Assembly (NCBI GenBank): GCA_963662615.2
Contig: CAXXSR010000001.1
Span: 896,001-960,000, forward strand
Source: Dehalococcoidia bacterium
GTDB taxonomy: Bacteria > Chloroflexota > Dehalococcoidia > Bin125
DNA: 64,000 nucleotides
Direction of reading: 5' to 3'
The notes under the pieces are model-generated. The model ran no database searches. It was not told where the DNA came from and saw nothing but the letters and a program-made list of their open reading frames with translations. Position 1 is the first letter of the stretch, and every line of letters begins with the position of its first letter. Shown here one piece after another: positions 30,690 to 42,686 of the stretch. The position numbers were made by a program, and so were the translations under genes.

Positions 30690-31880
30690 ATGTCCGCCGC
30701 CCAACCCACCAATAGCCGTGTGCCGATCGTTTATCGGCGCGGCTTTCGCCGGCTGCTTACGCAGGGCGCCTACGTCGCCGCTACCGCGATCGTGTTCGCG
30801 TATGTGTTCGCCTCGCTCGACCTGCGCGAGTTCAGCTTCAGTTTTCTCAACGACCCGGCTGGCTTCGCGGTCGGCAGCCAATGGCTGACCGACGTCGATG
30901 GCGTCACCAATTCGCGGTTCACGATGTACCTGGTTGGCGTCTGGTCGACGATCCGCGTCGTGCTCGTCGCCATCCTACTGGCCACGGTCCTCGGCGTCGT
31001 CGTTGGCGTGGCACGGCTCTCCTCGAACTGGCTCATCGCCCGCCTGGCGATGATCTTCGTCGAAGCCTTTCGCAACACGCCGCTGCTCATCCAAGTGGTG
31101 CTGTGGTACGCGATCCTCTTGGTCGGCGCACCGAGGATCGAGAACGTCATCAACGTCGGCGACTCCTTCCTCCTTTCAGGGCGGGGGGTCGCCATCCCCT
31201 GGCCGGTCCCCAGCGCGGGGCTGTGGGGCGTACCCGACTGGTTCGTCGGTGTCTGGGTAGCCGTGCTGCTGGTCCTGGGCTACGTCGCGCTGCGGGTGCG
31301 TGCCAGTCGACAGCGTCGGGAACGTGAGATCGGCCAGCCGCTCAACGCCAACCGCTGGGCCGTCGGGCTGTTCGCGGTCGGCGCCGTCATTTCCTTCCTC
31401 GTGCTGGGCGCGCCGGTCAGCGTCGACCGGCCGATCATCGAAGGCACCCATTATATCGAGGGAATGGTGGTCAACCCCGAGTTCGCCGCGCTGGTGCTCG
31501 GCCTCACGATGTATACTGGAGCGTTCATCGCTGAGATCGTCCGCAGCAGCATCCAGGCGCTGCCGCGGGGCCAGACGGAAGCCGCGAAGGCCGTGGGGCT
31601 CGGCGGATATCAGCGCCTCACGCTGATCATCCTGCCGCAGGCCCTGCGCCAGATGATCCCCTCGGTGACCAACCAGTTCCTCAACGTCAACAAGAACTCC
31701 TCCCTGGCTTACGCGGTGCTGTACGACGATCTCTTTCGCGTCGCTACGATCGTTCAGAACAAAGCCGGCCACGCGCTGGAGATGTTCGTCGTCATCATCA
31801 TCACCTACATGCTGATCTCATTTCTGATTTCTGCGGTGATGAACTTCTTCAACGCGCGCATGACCGCGCACCAGGTGTAA
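30690..31880 (+). CDS. aapQ: Amino acid ABC transporter permease
   Basis: RLSSNWL, FRNTPLLIQ, AFIAEIVRS.IQA.PRGQ.EAA. Confidence 0.88.
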   Translation: MSAAQPTNSRVPIVYRRGFRRLLTQGAYVAATAIVFAYVFASLDLREFSFSFLNDPAGFAVGSQWLTDVDGVTNSRFTMYLVGVWSTIRVVLVAILLATVLGVVVGVARLSSNWLIARLAMIFVEAFRNTPLLIQVVLWYAILLVGAPRIENVINVGDSFLLSGRGVAIPWPVPSAGLWGVPDWFVGVWVAVLLVLGYVALRVRASRQRREREIGQPLNANRWAVGLFAVGAVISFLVLGAPVSVDRPIIEGTHYIEGMVVNPEFAALVLGLTMYTGAFIAEIVRSSIQALPRGQTEAAKAVGLGGYQRLTLIILPQALRQMIPSVTNQFLNVNKNSSLAYAVLYDDLFRVATIVQNKAGHALEMFVVIIITYMLISFLISAVMNFFNARMTAHQV

Positions 31881-31894
31881 GGGGGGGGTTGCGC

Positions 31895-33130
31895 ATGGCC
31901 GAGATGCCCTTCCCACAGAAGCGCCGGATCGTGCTGCCCCCATACCGGCAACGGGCGCGCCGGCCGCGGTCGGTCCGAGCGCGCGAATGGGTGCGGCGCA
32001 ATCTGTTCCCGTCGCTCGGCGGCACACTGCTCACGCTGGTCAGCGCCGGCATCGGGGCTCTGCTCCTCTTCGGCATCCTCTGGTTCGTCTTCGTCGATGC
32101 GAACTGGCAGGTGGTCACGGCCAACCGCTGGCTGTTGTTTGCCGGAAGCTTCCCCCACGATCAGGAATGGCGCTTGTGGACTGCGATCGGCGTGGTCTTC
32201 ACACTGATTGGGCTGGCCTACGGCACCTGGTCCGGCCTGGGCCGCAAGGACCATCTGTTCATCGCCCTGGCGGGTGGATTCATCGTCTTCCTCATGGCGC
32301 ACGGCGGGGCGCAGATCTGGTCATCGATCTGGTTCTTGGCCGCGATCCTGCTGCTCTACGTAGGCTACGCCGTCATGGTGCGGATGCCACGCGAACCGGG
32401 ACCGACTCGACGGTGGCAGCTGCGTAGTGTCGGCGCACTGCTGGCGCTCTCCCTGCCGATCGCCCTTGTCATCCTGATGGTGGGCGGCGGCGCCAGCGCA
32501 CGACAGCTGGACGGCTTCATCCTCAACCTCGTGCTGGCCCCCGTGGGCATCGTTGGCGGGCTAGTGGTGGCGATCCCGCTCGCGCTCGGGCGTGCCTCGT
32601 CCATGCGTACCATCTCCTGGACCTGCACGGCCTACATCGAAGTGGTGCGCGGGGCGCCCCTGCTGGGCTGGCTGTTCGTCGCGCTGTTCATCCTGGACGA
32701 CGTGATCGGCGGCGATCTGATCGTACGCACGATGGTCGTGCTCGCCATCTTCACGGGAGCCTACATGGCGGAGTCCATCCGCGGCGGGCTGCAGACCATC
32801 CCCCGCGGCCAGTATGAGGCCGCCCACGCGGTGGGGCTCAACCAATTCCAGGCGATGCAGCTGATCATTCTGCCCCAGGCGCTGCGGATCTCGATCCCCC
32901 CAATGGCGGGGCAGGCGATCTCAATCTGGAAGGATACCACGCTGGTGACCGTCATCCTTACCCTGCGCGAGTTCAAGGGCAACGCAGACTCCGCGATCGC
33001 ACAAGTGGACTTCATCGATGACCGGATCGAAGCCTACGTCTTCGTGGCGCTAGGCTTCTGGATCGTGGCATTCATGATGTCGCGAGTCTCGCAGCGCATG
33101 GAGCGCGCCCAGGGCGTAGGCGAACGCTAG
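31895..33130 (+). CDS. aapM: Amino acid ABC transporter permease
   Basis: WVRRNLF, LALGR.S, YIEVVRGAPL, AYMAE.IRGGLQ.IPRGQYEAA. Confidence 0.88.
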   Translation: MAEMPFPQKRRIVLPPYRQRARRPRSVRAREWVRRNLFPSLGGTLLTLVSAGIGALLLFGILWFVFVDANWQVVTANRWLLFAGSFPHDQEWRLWTAIGVVFTLIGLAYGTWSGLGRKDHLFIALAGGFIVFLMAHGGAQIWSSIWFLAAILLLYVGYAVMVRMPREPGPTRRWQLRSVGALLALSLPIALVILMVGGGASARQLDGFILNLVLAPVGIVGGLVVAIPLALGRASSMRTISWTCTAYIEVVRGAPLLGWLFVALFILDDVIGGDLIVRTMVVLAIFTGAYMAESIRGGLQTIPRGQYEAAHAVGLNQFQAMQLIILPQALRISIPPMAGQAISIWKDTTLVTVILTLREFKGNADSAIAQVDFIDDRIEAYVFVALGFWIVAFMMSRVSQRMERAQGVGER

Positions 33131-33154
33131 GATCGCATTCGAGGGGAGTGCAGC

Positions 33155-33961
<807 letters not shown>

Positions 33962-33979
33962 GACCAGCACTAGCGGACC

Positions 33980-34200
33980 TGTGCAGCGCGCGGGCACTGA
34001 CGTTTGACGTGTTCGGCACCGTCGTCGACTGGCGTTGATTGAAGGCGTTCGGCGCGCGGCGTGACGTCGTGAGCAATGAGGGGGTTCGTGGATCGTTGGC
34101 GGCGCGAGGGCTACGCGGGCAACATTCGTCTCGTGCGCGACGGGCAGCTTCCGTTTCAGACGGCCGATTCGTTGCACCGACCAATGTTGGAACATGCTGC
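33980..34200 (+). pseudogene. Haloacid dehalogenase type II remnant
   Basis: RALTFDVFGTVVDWR then a stop; cut by IS3. Confidence 0.55.
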
Positions 34201-34201
34201 T

Positions 34202-35443
34202 TGACCTGCCCCCCCAGAACCGGTCCAGATCCTGTGCGAGGATTCGGGCCGGTGCGAAGGGAGTCGGCATGGCACGCAAGCGGTACGCGGCCGAGGAGAT
34301 CATCGGCAAACTGCGGGAGGCGGAGGTGGTGCTCGCGCAGGGGGAAGCGGTCGCGCAGGTCGCGCGCCGCCTCGGCGTGGCCGAGCCAACGTATTACCGC
34401 TGGCGGCGGGAGTACGGGGGGCTGCGGGTCGACCAGGCCAAGCGGCTGCAAGAACTGGAGCGCGAGAACAGTCGGCTGAAGCGGTTGGTGGCCGATCAGG
34501 CGCTGGACAACGCGATGTTGCGGGACGTCGCAGCGGGAAACTTCTGAGCCCGGCCAAGCGGCGCCGGGCGACATCCTACCTCACGGACCAGTACGCGGTG
34601 TCGGAGCGGCGGGCCTGCCAGGTCACCGGCCAGGCGCGGGCGACACAGCGCTACGTGCCCCGGCCGTCCCCGGATGCGCCGGCGCTGATCGCGCGCATCG
34701 TCGCGCTGGCCACCCGCTTCGGCCGCTACGGCTCCCGTCGCATCACGGCCCTGCTGCGCCAGGAGGGCTGGCGGGTGAACCACAAGCGGGTCGAGCGGCT
34801 CTGGCGTCAGGAAGGCTTGCGGGTCCCCGGGAAGCACCCCCAACGGGGCCGCCTCTGGCTCGCGGCCGGCTCGCTGGTGCGGCGGCGGGCCGAGCGGCCG
34901 TCCCACGTCTGGTCCTACGACTTCGTCTTCGACCGCACCGCCGCTGGGCGCCCGGTGCGGATCCTCGCCATCGTGGATGAGGACCACCCGCGAGTGCCTG
35001 CGTCTCGACGTCGCCCGCCGACTGCGCAGCGACGACGTCCTGGCGCGGTTGGCCCAGCTGTTCGTCGAGCGCGGGCCGCCGACGTTGCTGCGGTCCGACA
35101 ACGGCCCGGAGTTCACCGCCACCGCGGTGCGGGACTGGCTGCACCGGGTCGGGGTCACGACCCTCTTCATCGCACCGGGCAGTCCTTGGGAGAACGGCTA
35201 TGTGGAATCGTTCCACGGCAAGCTGCGCGACGAGTGCCTCAATCGCGAGCGCTTCGACACCCTGCTGGAAGCCCAGATCCTCATCGAGGGCTGGCGGCGG
35301 GAGTACAACCAGATCCGCCCCCACAGTGCCCTCGGCTACCGCCCCCCCGCCCCGGAAACGCAGCAACCCCGGGAACGTCCCCTGACGCTCGTCCCGGCGA
35401 TCGGACTAACTTAACGACTGGTACAACGATCGGGGTCAGGTCA
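34202..35443 (+). mobile_element. IS3-family element, orfB frameshifted
   Basis: TIRs at both ends; frameshift at GATGAGGACCACCCG (~34980). Confidence 0.95.
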
Positions 35444-35509
35444 ATCCGGCGAGCGCTGATGGTGTCCTACATTAGCCTCGCAGCGGGACGCTGCGGTATC
35501 GTCGGCGTC

Positions 35510-37075
35510 ATGGCCCCCCAACTGCCTCTCGACGACCTGGACGCCGTAATCTTCGATCTCGACGGCGTGATTACCAAGACCGCCTCGGTGCACGCCGCCG
35601 CCTGGGAGCGGCTGTTCAACGAATACCTGGAGGAGCGAGCGGACCGCACGGGGGAGTCGTTCCAACCGTTCGAGCACCGCGACTACCTCGCCTACGTGGA
35701 TGGCAAGCCCCGCTACGACGGCGTCGCCGCCTTCCTGCGATCGCGCAATATCGCGTTGCCGTGGGGTGATCCCTCCGATCCTCCGGAGGCCGGGACGGTG
35801 TGCGGCCTCGGCAACCGTAAAAACGGCTACTTCCTGCACCATCTGCGCACCAACGGCGTCGAGGCCTACCCGACCTCGCTGGCGCTGATCGACTTCCTGC
35901 ACGAGCACGGCATCGAGACCGCCCTCATATCGTCCAGCAAGAACGCAAGACCGGTGCTGGAATCGGCCGGCGCCATCGACCGCTTCGAGGTGATCGTGGA
36001 TGGTCTGGTGGCAGAGGAGATCGGGCTGGCCGGCAAGCCCGATCCGGCGGTCTTCCTAGAGGCGGCCCGCCGGCTGGGGGTGGAGCCGGGAAGGGCGGCA
36101 GTGGTCGAGGACGCCCTCGCCGGCGTGGAAGCGGGCCGGCGCGGCAACTTCCGGCTCGTCTTGGGCGTGGACCGCTCCGATCAGGCCGACGCCCTGCGGT
36201 CCCACGGGGCCGACGTCGTGGTAGCGGACCTGGGCGAGGTTCTGCCCAGCCGGCAGGCGGCCCTCGACGAGCTGCCCTCGGCCCTGGAGGCCTTCGAAGA
36301 GATCGCAAATCGCCTGGAAGGGGTCGAGCCGGCAATCTTCTTCGACTACGACGGCACCCTGTCGCCGATCGTGGAGCACCCCGACCTGGCGGTGCTGGCC
36401 CCGTCGATGCTGGTAGCGCTGGAGCGGTTGATGCAGCACGCAACGGTGGCGATCGTGAGCGGACGGGACGCGGCCGACGTGCGCAGCAAGGTGAAGGTGG
36501 ATGGCATCTACTACGCCGGCAGCCACGGGCTCGACATCCTCGCCCCCTCGGGGGCGCCCGCCCGCGACGACCACCTAGCGGGCTTGGACCAGTTTCTACC
36601 CGTCCTGGACCAAGCGGAACAGTGTCTCGAGGATGCGGTGGCCGGGGTGCCGGGGGCGTGGGTGGAGCGCAAGCGCTTCGCCATAGCGGTGCACTACCGC
36701 CAGACGCCCCCCGACCGGCAAGGCGCGGTGCAGGAGGCGGTGTCCGCCGTCGCCCCCGAATTCCCCCGCTTGCGGGTGTCGAGCGGCAAGATGATCTTCG
36801 AGCTGCGCCCGGACATCGATTGGGACAAGGGCAAGGCGCTGCTCTGGCTCCTGGAGCAGATGGGGCTGGACCGGGCGGGGGTGCTGCCGATGTACCTGGG
36901 CGACGACACCACCGACGAGGACGCGTTCCGCGCCATCAGCGGGCTGGGCATCGGCGTGGTGGTCGGCACCGGCGCCCGCCCCTCGGCAGCCGACTACGCG
37001 GTGCGGGACCTCGGCGCGGTGCAGGAGCTACTGAGCAGGCTTGCCGCAAACCTGGAGCAGCGCGCCGGTGAGTGA
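35510..37075 (+). CDS. otsB: Beta-phosphoglucomutase-like HAD domain fused to trehalose-6-phosphate phosphatase
   Basis: FDLDGVIT...GKPDPAVF...EDALAG; FDYDGTLSPIV, SGR, YAGSHG, DKGKA, GDDTTDEDAF. Confidence 0.9.
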   Translation: MAPQLPLDDLDAVIFDLDGVITKTASVHAAAWERLFNEYLEERADRTGESFQPFEHRDYLAYVDGKPRYDGVAAFLRSRNIALPWGDPSDPPEAGTVCGLGNRKNGYFLHHLRTNGVEAYPTSLALIDFLHEHGIETALISSSKNARPVLESAGAIDRFEVIVDGLVAEEIGLAGKPDPAVFLEAARRLGVEPGRAAVVEDALAGVEAGRRGNFRLVLGVDRSDQADALRSHGADVVVADLGEVLPSRQAALDELPSALEAFEEIANRLEGVEPAIFFDYDGTLSPIVEHPDLAVLAPSMLVALERLMQHATVAIVSGRDAADVRSKVKVDGIYYAGSHGLDILAPSGAPARDDHLAGLDQFLPVLDQAEQCLEDAVAGVPGAWVERKRFAIAVHYRQTPPDRQGAVQEAVSAVAPEFPRLRVSSGKMIFELRPDIDWDKGKALLWLLEQMGLDRAGVLPMYLGDDTTDEDAFRAISGLGIGVVVGTGARPSAADYAVRDLGAVQELLSRLAANLEQRAGE

Positions 37076-39452
37076 GTGGGCGCTGGTCTATCGCGACTTC
37101 GATCCCGGCCAGGAGGGGCTGCGGGAGGCGCTCTGCACCCTGGGCAACGGCTATTTCGCCACCAGGGGGGCCGCGCCCGAGGCTGCCGCCGATGACTACC
37201 ACTACCCCGGGACCTACGTCGCCGGTCTCTTCAATCGGCTCGAGACCGAGATGGCGGGGAGGGTGATCGAGAACGAGGACATGGTCAATGTGCCCAACTG
37301 GCTGCCGCTGCGTTTCCGGATGGACGGAGGCGACTGGGTGGACCTGCGGGCCGTGGAGGTGCTCGACTACGAGCAGCGACTGGAGTTGCGCGCCGGGGTG
37401 CTGGTGCGCAGCTTCGTCTTCGTTGAAGAGGGCAGGCGGACCCGGGTGGCGCAGCGGCGCTTCGTGGGGATGGACGACCCCCACGTGGCGGGCCTGGAGA
37501 CGACCTTCCTCGCGGAGAACTGGTCGGGGGCACTGGAGGTGCGCTCGGAGCTGGACGGTACGGTCACCAACTCCGGTGTGTCCCGCTATCGCCAGCTGGC
37601 CAACCAGCACCTGACGCTGCAGGACGCCGGGGCGATAGACGACGAGTCCGTCTACCTGGTCGTGGAGACCAACCAGTCCCTCGTGCGCGTCGCCGAGGCG
37701 TGCCGTACCCGGGTGTGGGCCGAGGACGGCCCGGGCTCGGTCGAGCGCCGCCTGGTCGAGGAAGGGGCCCGGGTCGGTCACCACCTCGCTTTGGAGATGA
37801 GCGAGGGCGAGGCTGTGACGGTGGAGAAGGTGGTGGCGCTGTACACCTCCAGGGACAAGGCCATCTCCGACGCCGCCCTGGCGGCCCGCAACCGGGTCGT
37901 GGGGCTGGCGGGTTTCGAGGACCTCTTGCAGGGACACGTGTTGGCCTGGGACCAGCTGTGGCGCCGCTTCTGCCTGGAGGTGGAGGCGGCGGAGGAAGAC
38001 GTGATGATCCTCAACCTCCACGTGTTCCACCTGCTGCAGACGGTGTCGAAGCACACGATCGACCTCGACGTGGGCGTGCCGGCGCGGGGCCTGCACGGCG
38101 AGGCCTACCGCGGCCACATCTTCTGGGACGAACTGTTCATCTTCCCGTTCCTCAACCTCCATTTCCCCGACATCACCCGGTCGCTGCTGCAGTACCGCTT
38201 CCGGCGGCTGCCGGCGGCGCGGGAGGCGGCGCGGCGCCAGGGTCTGCCCGGGGCGCTGTATCCGTGGCAGAGTGGCAGCGACGGACGCGAGGAGAGCCAG
38301 ACCGTCCATCTCAATCCTCACTCCGGCAACTGGCCTCCCGACCACAGCTACTTGCAGCACCACATCAACATCGCCGTGGCCTACAACGTGTGGCAGTACT
38401 ACGAGGGCACCGGCGACGTGGAGTTCCTGGCCTGCTGCGGCACCGAGATGCTGGTGGAGATCGCCCGGCTGTGGGCCGGCCTGGCCAGCTACCGCCGCGA
38501 CCTCGACCGCTACGAGATCCGGGGGGTGATGGGCCCCGACGAGTACCACGACGCCTACCCCGACGCCGAGGAACCCGGCCTGAACAACAACGCCTACACC
38601 AACGTCATGGTGGTCTGGGCCCTGCAGCGGGCAGCCGAAGCGCTGGAGCTGACCCCGGAGTTTCGGCGCCAGGAGCTGTGGGAGAAACTGGGGCTGGCCC
38701 ATGAGGAGCTGGAGCACTGGAGCGAGATCAGTACCAAGATGTTGATCCCGTTCCACGACGGGGTCATCAGCCAGTTCGAGGGCTACGCCGACCTGAAGGA
38801 GTTCGACTGGTTGGGTTACACCGAGCGCTACGGGGATATCATGCGGCTGGATCGCATTTTGGAGGCGGAAGGCGACACCCCCAACCGCTACAAGCTGTCC
38901 AAGCAGGCGGACGTCCTCATGCTGTTTTACCTGCTGTCGGCGACCGAGCTGGAGGAGCTGCTCACCCGCCTCGGCTACGAGTGGGACCCCGAGCTCATCC
39001 CTCGCACCATCGACTATTACCGCCGCCGTACATCGCACGGTTCCACCCTCAGCCGTATCGTGCACTCCTGGGTCCTGGCCCGCTCGGATCGCGAGAAATC
39101 CTGGGAGTTCTTCCGTCAGGCGCTCCTCAGCGACGTCACGGACATACAGGGCGGGACGACTCCGGAGGGAATCCACCTCGGGGCGATGGCCGGCACCGTC
39201 GACCTGGTGCAGCGGGGCTACACCGGGCTGGAGACCCGGCGCGACACACTCATCCTCGATCCCGCACTGCCGGACGAGTTCGGGAAACTGCGATTCGACA
39301 TCCACTACCGCAGGCGCTGGGTCACCGTTGAGGTCGGGGACCGGCGCCTGTCAGTCACGAACAGGCCGGGACCCGGAGATCCCATCAAGGTGGGGATCGG
39401 CGACGACGTCATCGAGGTTCCCTCGGGCGTCACGAAGGTCGTGGAGTTGTGA
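37068..39452 (+). CDS. Glycoside hydrolase family 65 protein (trehalose/trehalose-6-P phosphorylase-like)
   Basis: LGNGYFATRG, ARGLHGEAYRGHIFWDE, GPDEYH, NNAYTN, KQAD, HGSTLS. Confidence 0.93.
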   Translation: MSEWALVYRDFDPGQEGLREALCTLGNGYFATRGAAPEAAADDYHYPGTYVAGLFNRLETEMAGRVIENEDMVNVPNWLPLRFRMDGGDWVDLRAVEVLDYEQRLELRAGVLVRSFVFVEEGRRTRVAQRRFVGMDDPHVAGLETTFLAENWSGALEVRSELDGTVTNSGVSRYRQLANQHLTLQDAGAIDDESVYLVVETNQSLVRVAEACRTRVWAEDGPGSVERRLVEEGARVGHHLALEMSEGEAVTVEKVVALYTSRDKAISDAALAARNRVVGLAGFEDLLQGHVLAWDQLWRRFCLEVEAAEEDVMILNLHVFHLLQTVSKHTIDLDVGVPARGLHGEAYRGHIFWDELFIFPFLNLHFPDITRSLLQYRFRRLPAAREAARRQGLPGALYPWQSGSDGREESQTVHLNPHSGNWPPDHSYLQHHINIAVAYNVWQYYEGTGDVEFLACCGTEMLVEIARLWAGLASYRRDLDRYEIRGVMGPDEYHDAYPDAEEPGLNNNAYTNVMVVWALQRAAEALELTPEFRRQELWEKLGLAHEELEHWSEISTKMLIPFHDGVISQFEGYADLKEFDWLGYTERYGDIMRLDRILEAEGDTPNRYKLSKQADVLMLFYLLSATELEELLTRLGYEWDPELIPRTIDYYRRRTSHGSTLSRIVHSWVLARSDREKSWEFFRQALLSDVTDIQGGTTPEGIHLGAMAGTVDLVQRGYTGLETRRDTLILDPALPDEFGKLRFDIHYRRRWVTVEVGDRRLSVTNRPGPGDPIKVGIGDDVIEVPSGVTKVVEL

Positions 39453-39750
39453 GCAGCGGCCGTCACGGCCGGCCGGCCACCCGTTGCTCACGGCTTCCTG
39501 CGCGATGTGCAGGACGGCGGCCGATATCTCAGGCCATTTCGGCGGCGTTGAGGAGCATCGCACTGCTCGGGCGCGAAGGACGGGAACGATCATGGAAGGT
39601 GACGGCCAGCTGGGGCTGATCCGCCACCTATGGGGCGGGAATAATGCATCGTTCTGATCTCGATGCCGTGGGCTGCGCCGATCGAGCGCCACTCAGTGGA
39701 ACGGCCGGTCGCCTTTGATGGTGACGCGGATGCCGCGTCGCGTCTCGGGG

Positions 39751-40992
39751 TGACCTGCCCCCCCAGAACCGGTCCAGATCCTGTGCGAGGATTCGGGGCG
39801 GTGCGAAGGGAGTCGGCATGGCACGCAAGCGGTACGCGGCCGAGGAGATCATCGGCAAACTGCGGGAGGCGGAGGTGGTGCTCGCGCAGGGGGAAGCGGT
39901 CGCGCAGGTCGCGCGCCGCCTCGGCGTGGCCGAGCCAACGTATTACCGCTGGCGGCGGGAGTACGGGGGTCTGCGGGTCGACCAGGCCAAGCGGCTGAAA
40001 GAACTGGAGCGCGAGAACAGTCGGCTGAAGCGGTTGGTGGCCGATCAGGCGCTGGCCAACGCGATGTTGCGGGACGTCGCAGCGGGAAACTTCTGCGCCC
40101 GGCCCAGCGGCGCCGGGCGACATCCTCCCGCACGGACCAGGACGCGGTGTCGGAGCGGCGGGCCGGCCAGGTCACCGGCCAGGCGCGGGCGACACAGCGC
40201 TACGTGCCCCGGCCGTCCCCGGATGCGCCGGCGCTGATCGCGCGCATCGTCGCGCTGGCCACCCGCTTCGGCCGCTACGGCTCCCGTCGCATCACGGCCC
40301 TGCTGCGCCAGGAGGGCTGGCGGGTGAACCACAAGCGGGTCGAGCGGCGCTGGCGTCAGGAAGGCTTGCGGGTCCCCGGGAAGCACCCCCAACGGGGCCG
40401 CCTCTGGCTCGCGGCCGGCTCGCTGGTGCGGCGGCGGGCCGAGCGGCCGTCCCACGTCTGGTCCTACGACTTCGTCTTCGACCGCACCGCCGATGGGCGC
40501 CCGGTGCGGATCCTCGCCATCGTGGATGAGGACCACCCGCGAGTGCCTGCGTCTCGACGTCGCCCGCCGACTGCGCAGCGACGACGTCCTGGCGCGGTTG
40601 GCCCAGCTGTTCGTCGAGCGCGGGCCGCCGACGTTGCTGCGGTCCGACAACGGCCCGGAGTTCACCGCCACCGCGGTGCGGGACTGGCTGCACCGGGTCG
40701 GGGTCACGACCCTCTTCATCGCACCGGGCAGTCCTTGGGAGAACGGCTATGTGGAATCGTTCCACGGCAAGCTGCGCGACGAGTGCCTCAATCGCGAGCG
40801 CTTCGACACCCTGCTGGAAGCCCAGATCCTCATCGAGGGCTGGCGGCGGGAGTACAACCAGATCCGCCCCCACAGTGCCCTCGGCTACCGCCCCCCCGCC
40901 CCGGAAACGCAGCAACCCCGGGAACGTCCCCTGACGCTCGTCCCGGCGATCGGACTAACTTAACGACTGGTACAACGATCGGGGGCAGGTCA
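39751..40992 (+). mobile_element. IS3-family element, same frameshift as the 34202 copy; orfA stop mutated
   Basis: TIRs at both ends; near-identical to 34202-35443 at offset 5549. Confidence 0.95.
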
Positions 40993-41104
40993 GTGCGCGT
41001 CACCGACTCCAACGGGCTCTCGATGCTCGTGCCCGTCAGAGTGGACATCATCAACTGACCTCCAGTCGCTGGCTTTGGTATGCTAGCGCGCAGGAGGGCA
41101 CATA

Positions 41105-41707
41105 ATGCTGCGACTGGCTGCGATCGCTCTGGTGCTACTGCTCGCAGGCTTCCTCGCTCTCGCTCTCGCGCCGACCGCGCAGGCCCAGGACGATCCCTAC
41201 GGTGACGGCCTCACTCGTGGCGAACTTGGCGAGTGGTTCCGCGAGAACTCACCCGGCGAGACTGAGCTTCGGACCGCCATACTGGGCTGGATCGATCCAT
41301 GCAAGGAAGACGGCTGCTGGCTCACCCGGGGCAAGGTGTTTCTGGCGATGAGCCAGGTGGACGACGATGACGCCGGCGCCGAGTCTTCCATCGGCAAGTT
41401 CCACAGCACCGATACTCCTAGCGGTTCGCACGTCACCGGGGAGACGTTGCAGGGCTGGATCAACGAGTGGCGGGCATTCCACAGGGCCGAACATGCAGCG
41501 GCGCCGCCAGCGGCGCCGCCCACGCCTGAGCCGACACCGCCCCCTGTGCCGACGCCGTGGTGGGAGGAGACGACCCCGGCGCCACACTCCGTGGAGACAT
41601 TCGAGGTGCAGCCGTGGTGGTGCGATGGCAACCGCTGCGGTTTCACCCCCGGGCCGCTGGTCACGTGCCACGTTATGAGCGACGGCTTCATCGAGTGCGA
41701 GCAGTGA
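41105..41707 (+). CDS. Hypothetical secreted protein with Pro-rich linker and Cys-rich tail
   Basis: AGGAGG RBS, signal peptide ending AQA, WWCDGNRCG...C...C. Confidence 0.7.
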   Translation: MLRLAAIALVLLLAGFLALALAPTAQAQDDPYGDGLTRGELGEWFRENSPGETELRTAILGWIDPCKEDGCWLTRGKVFLAMSQVDDDDAGAESSIGKFHSTDTPSGSHVTGETLQGWINEWRAFHRAEHAAAPPAAPPTPEPTPPPVPTPWWEETTPAPHSVETFEVQPWWCDGNRCGFTPGPLVTCHVMSDGFIECEQ

Positions 41708-41719
41708 ACCCGGGAGGCT

Positions 41720-42214
41720 CCGATGCCTGAACCGTTCTCCGAACAGAACGTCCTTCACTCCTGGGAGCTTCAGTTCTGCCAGCGCATCGTGCCGCTCCTC
41801 GCAGCGCTCGGGGTCCAGCGACTCCACGCGAACAAGATGGGCCGCATTGATCGCACCGCCGAGCTGCCTCACACGTGGGCGCTCGGCTGGCGTGAAGGCA
41901 AAAACGACCATCGCCCGAGCGTCTCGCCGCGTGACATTCGGGCGGACGACATTTTCTGGTAGCACACCCGTCATCAGCTCTATCCGCTCGGTCAGGGCCG
42001 CCAGATACCCGAAGGTCGGGAACGGCTCCGGCTACTCCTGCTCGTAGGTATACGGGCCTTCCCAGCCGTCGGGCCGATCCGGATCGGCCCCGAGGACGTA
42101 CTCGCCCATGGCCCGGCGTGCGTAGCCGGCCGCCTCAGCCGCTTGCGCGTAATCACGCAGGATGGCGGGGTCGGAGCCCAACTCGCAGGACGGATAGAAG
42201 GCGACCAACTCCAC
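41720..42214 (-). pseudogene. LLM-class F420-dependent oxidoreductase remnant
   Basis: DPAILRDYAQAAEAAGY...VLGADP...GPYT..E*PEPFPTFGYLAALTERIELMTGV; internal stop. Confidence 0.75.
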
Positions 42215-42469
42215 AGCACACCTCGCTTCCTGAATCGGTGAACGGCCCCGACCGACTCCTCAGCTCGGTTCAGATTCCGCCGCCGACACGCTCGGCAGCC
42301 GTTGCCGCAGCTCGGCAAGCGTGGCCCCGCGGTATCGCCAGTCCGCCCACCCATTCCAGCTCCGACGACTCCGGATCGCCGCTGAAGCGGCCGACGGCGT
42401 GCCATGGTTCCCGCTCCGCACTTCGCCCCTTTCCCGTGCTCTGTCTACTCAGGTATGTAATCCCCTCTC

Positions 42470-42605
42470 GCCCTGCGCCAGGCCACCTCCGCCTCCCGCA
42501 GCGTCCCGATGATCTGCTCTGCCGTGGACCGCTTCCGCGCCATGCCGACTCCCCTCTCTCGGCCGCGATCCTCGCACAGGATATGGACCGGTTCTGGGCA
42601 GGTCA
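42470..42605 (-). mobile_element. IS3 left-end remnant
   Basis: TGACCTGCCCAGAACCGG end plus MARKRSTAEQIIGTLREAEV. Confidence 0.8.
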
Positions 42606-42686
42606 GGAGGGGTAAGACAGAGAAACTGCACAAGCGCTTGTTCATTATGGTTTGCTTGACGGATCAATATTTGCCATCATAGCCAC

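Noticed and set aside
34598-37075. 825-aa transposase-trehalose phosphatase fusion ORF
   Set aside because: It results from the orfB frameshift reading through in a non-coding frame; the real gene most likely starts at ATG 35510.
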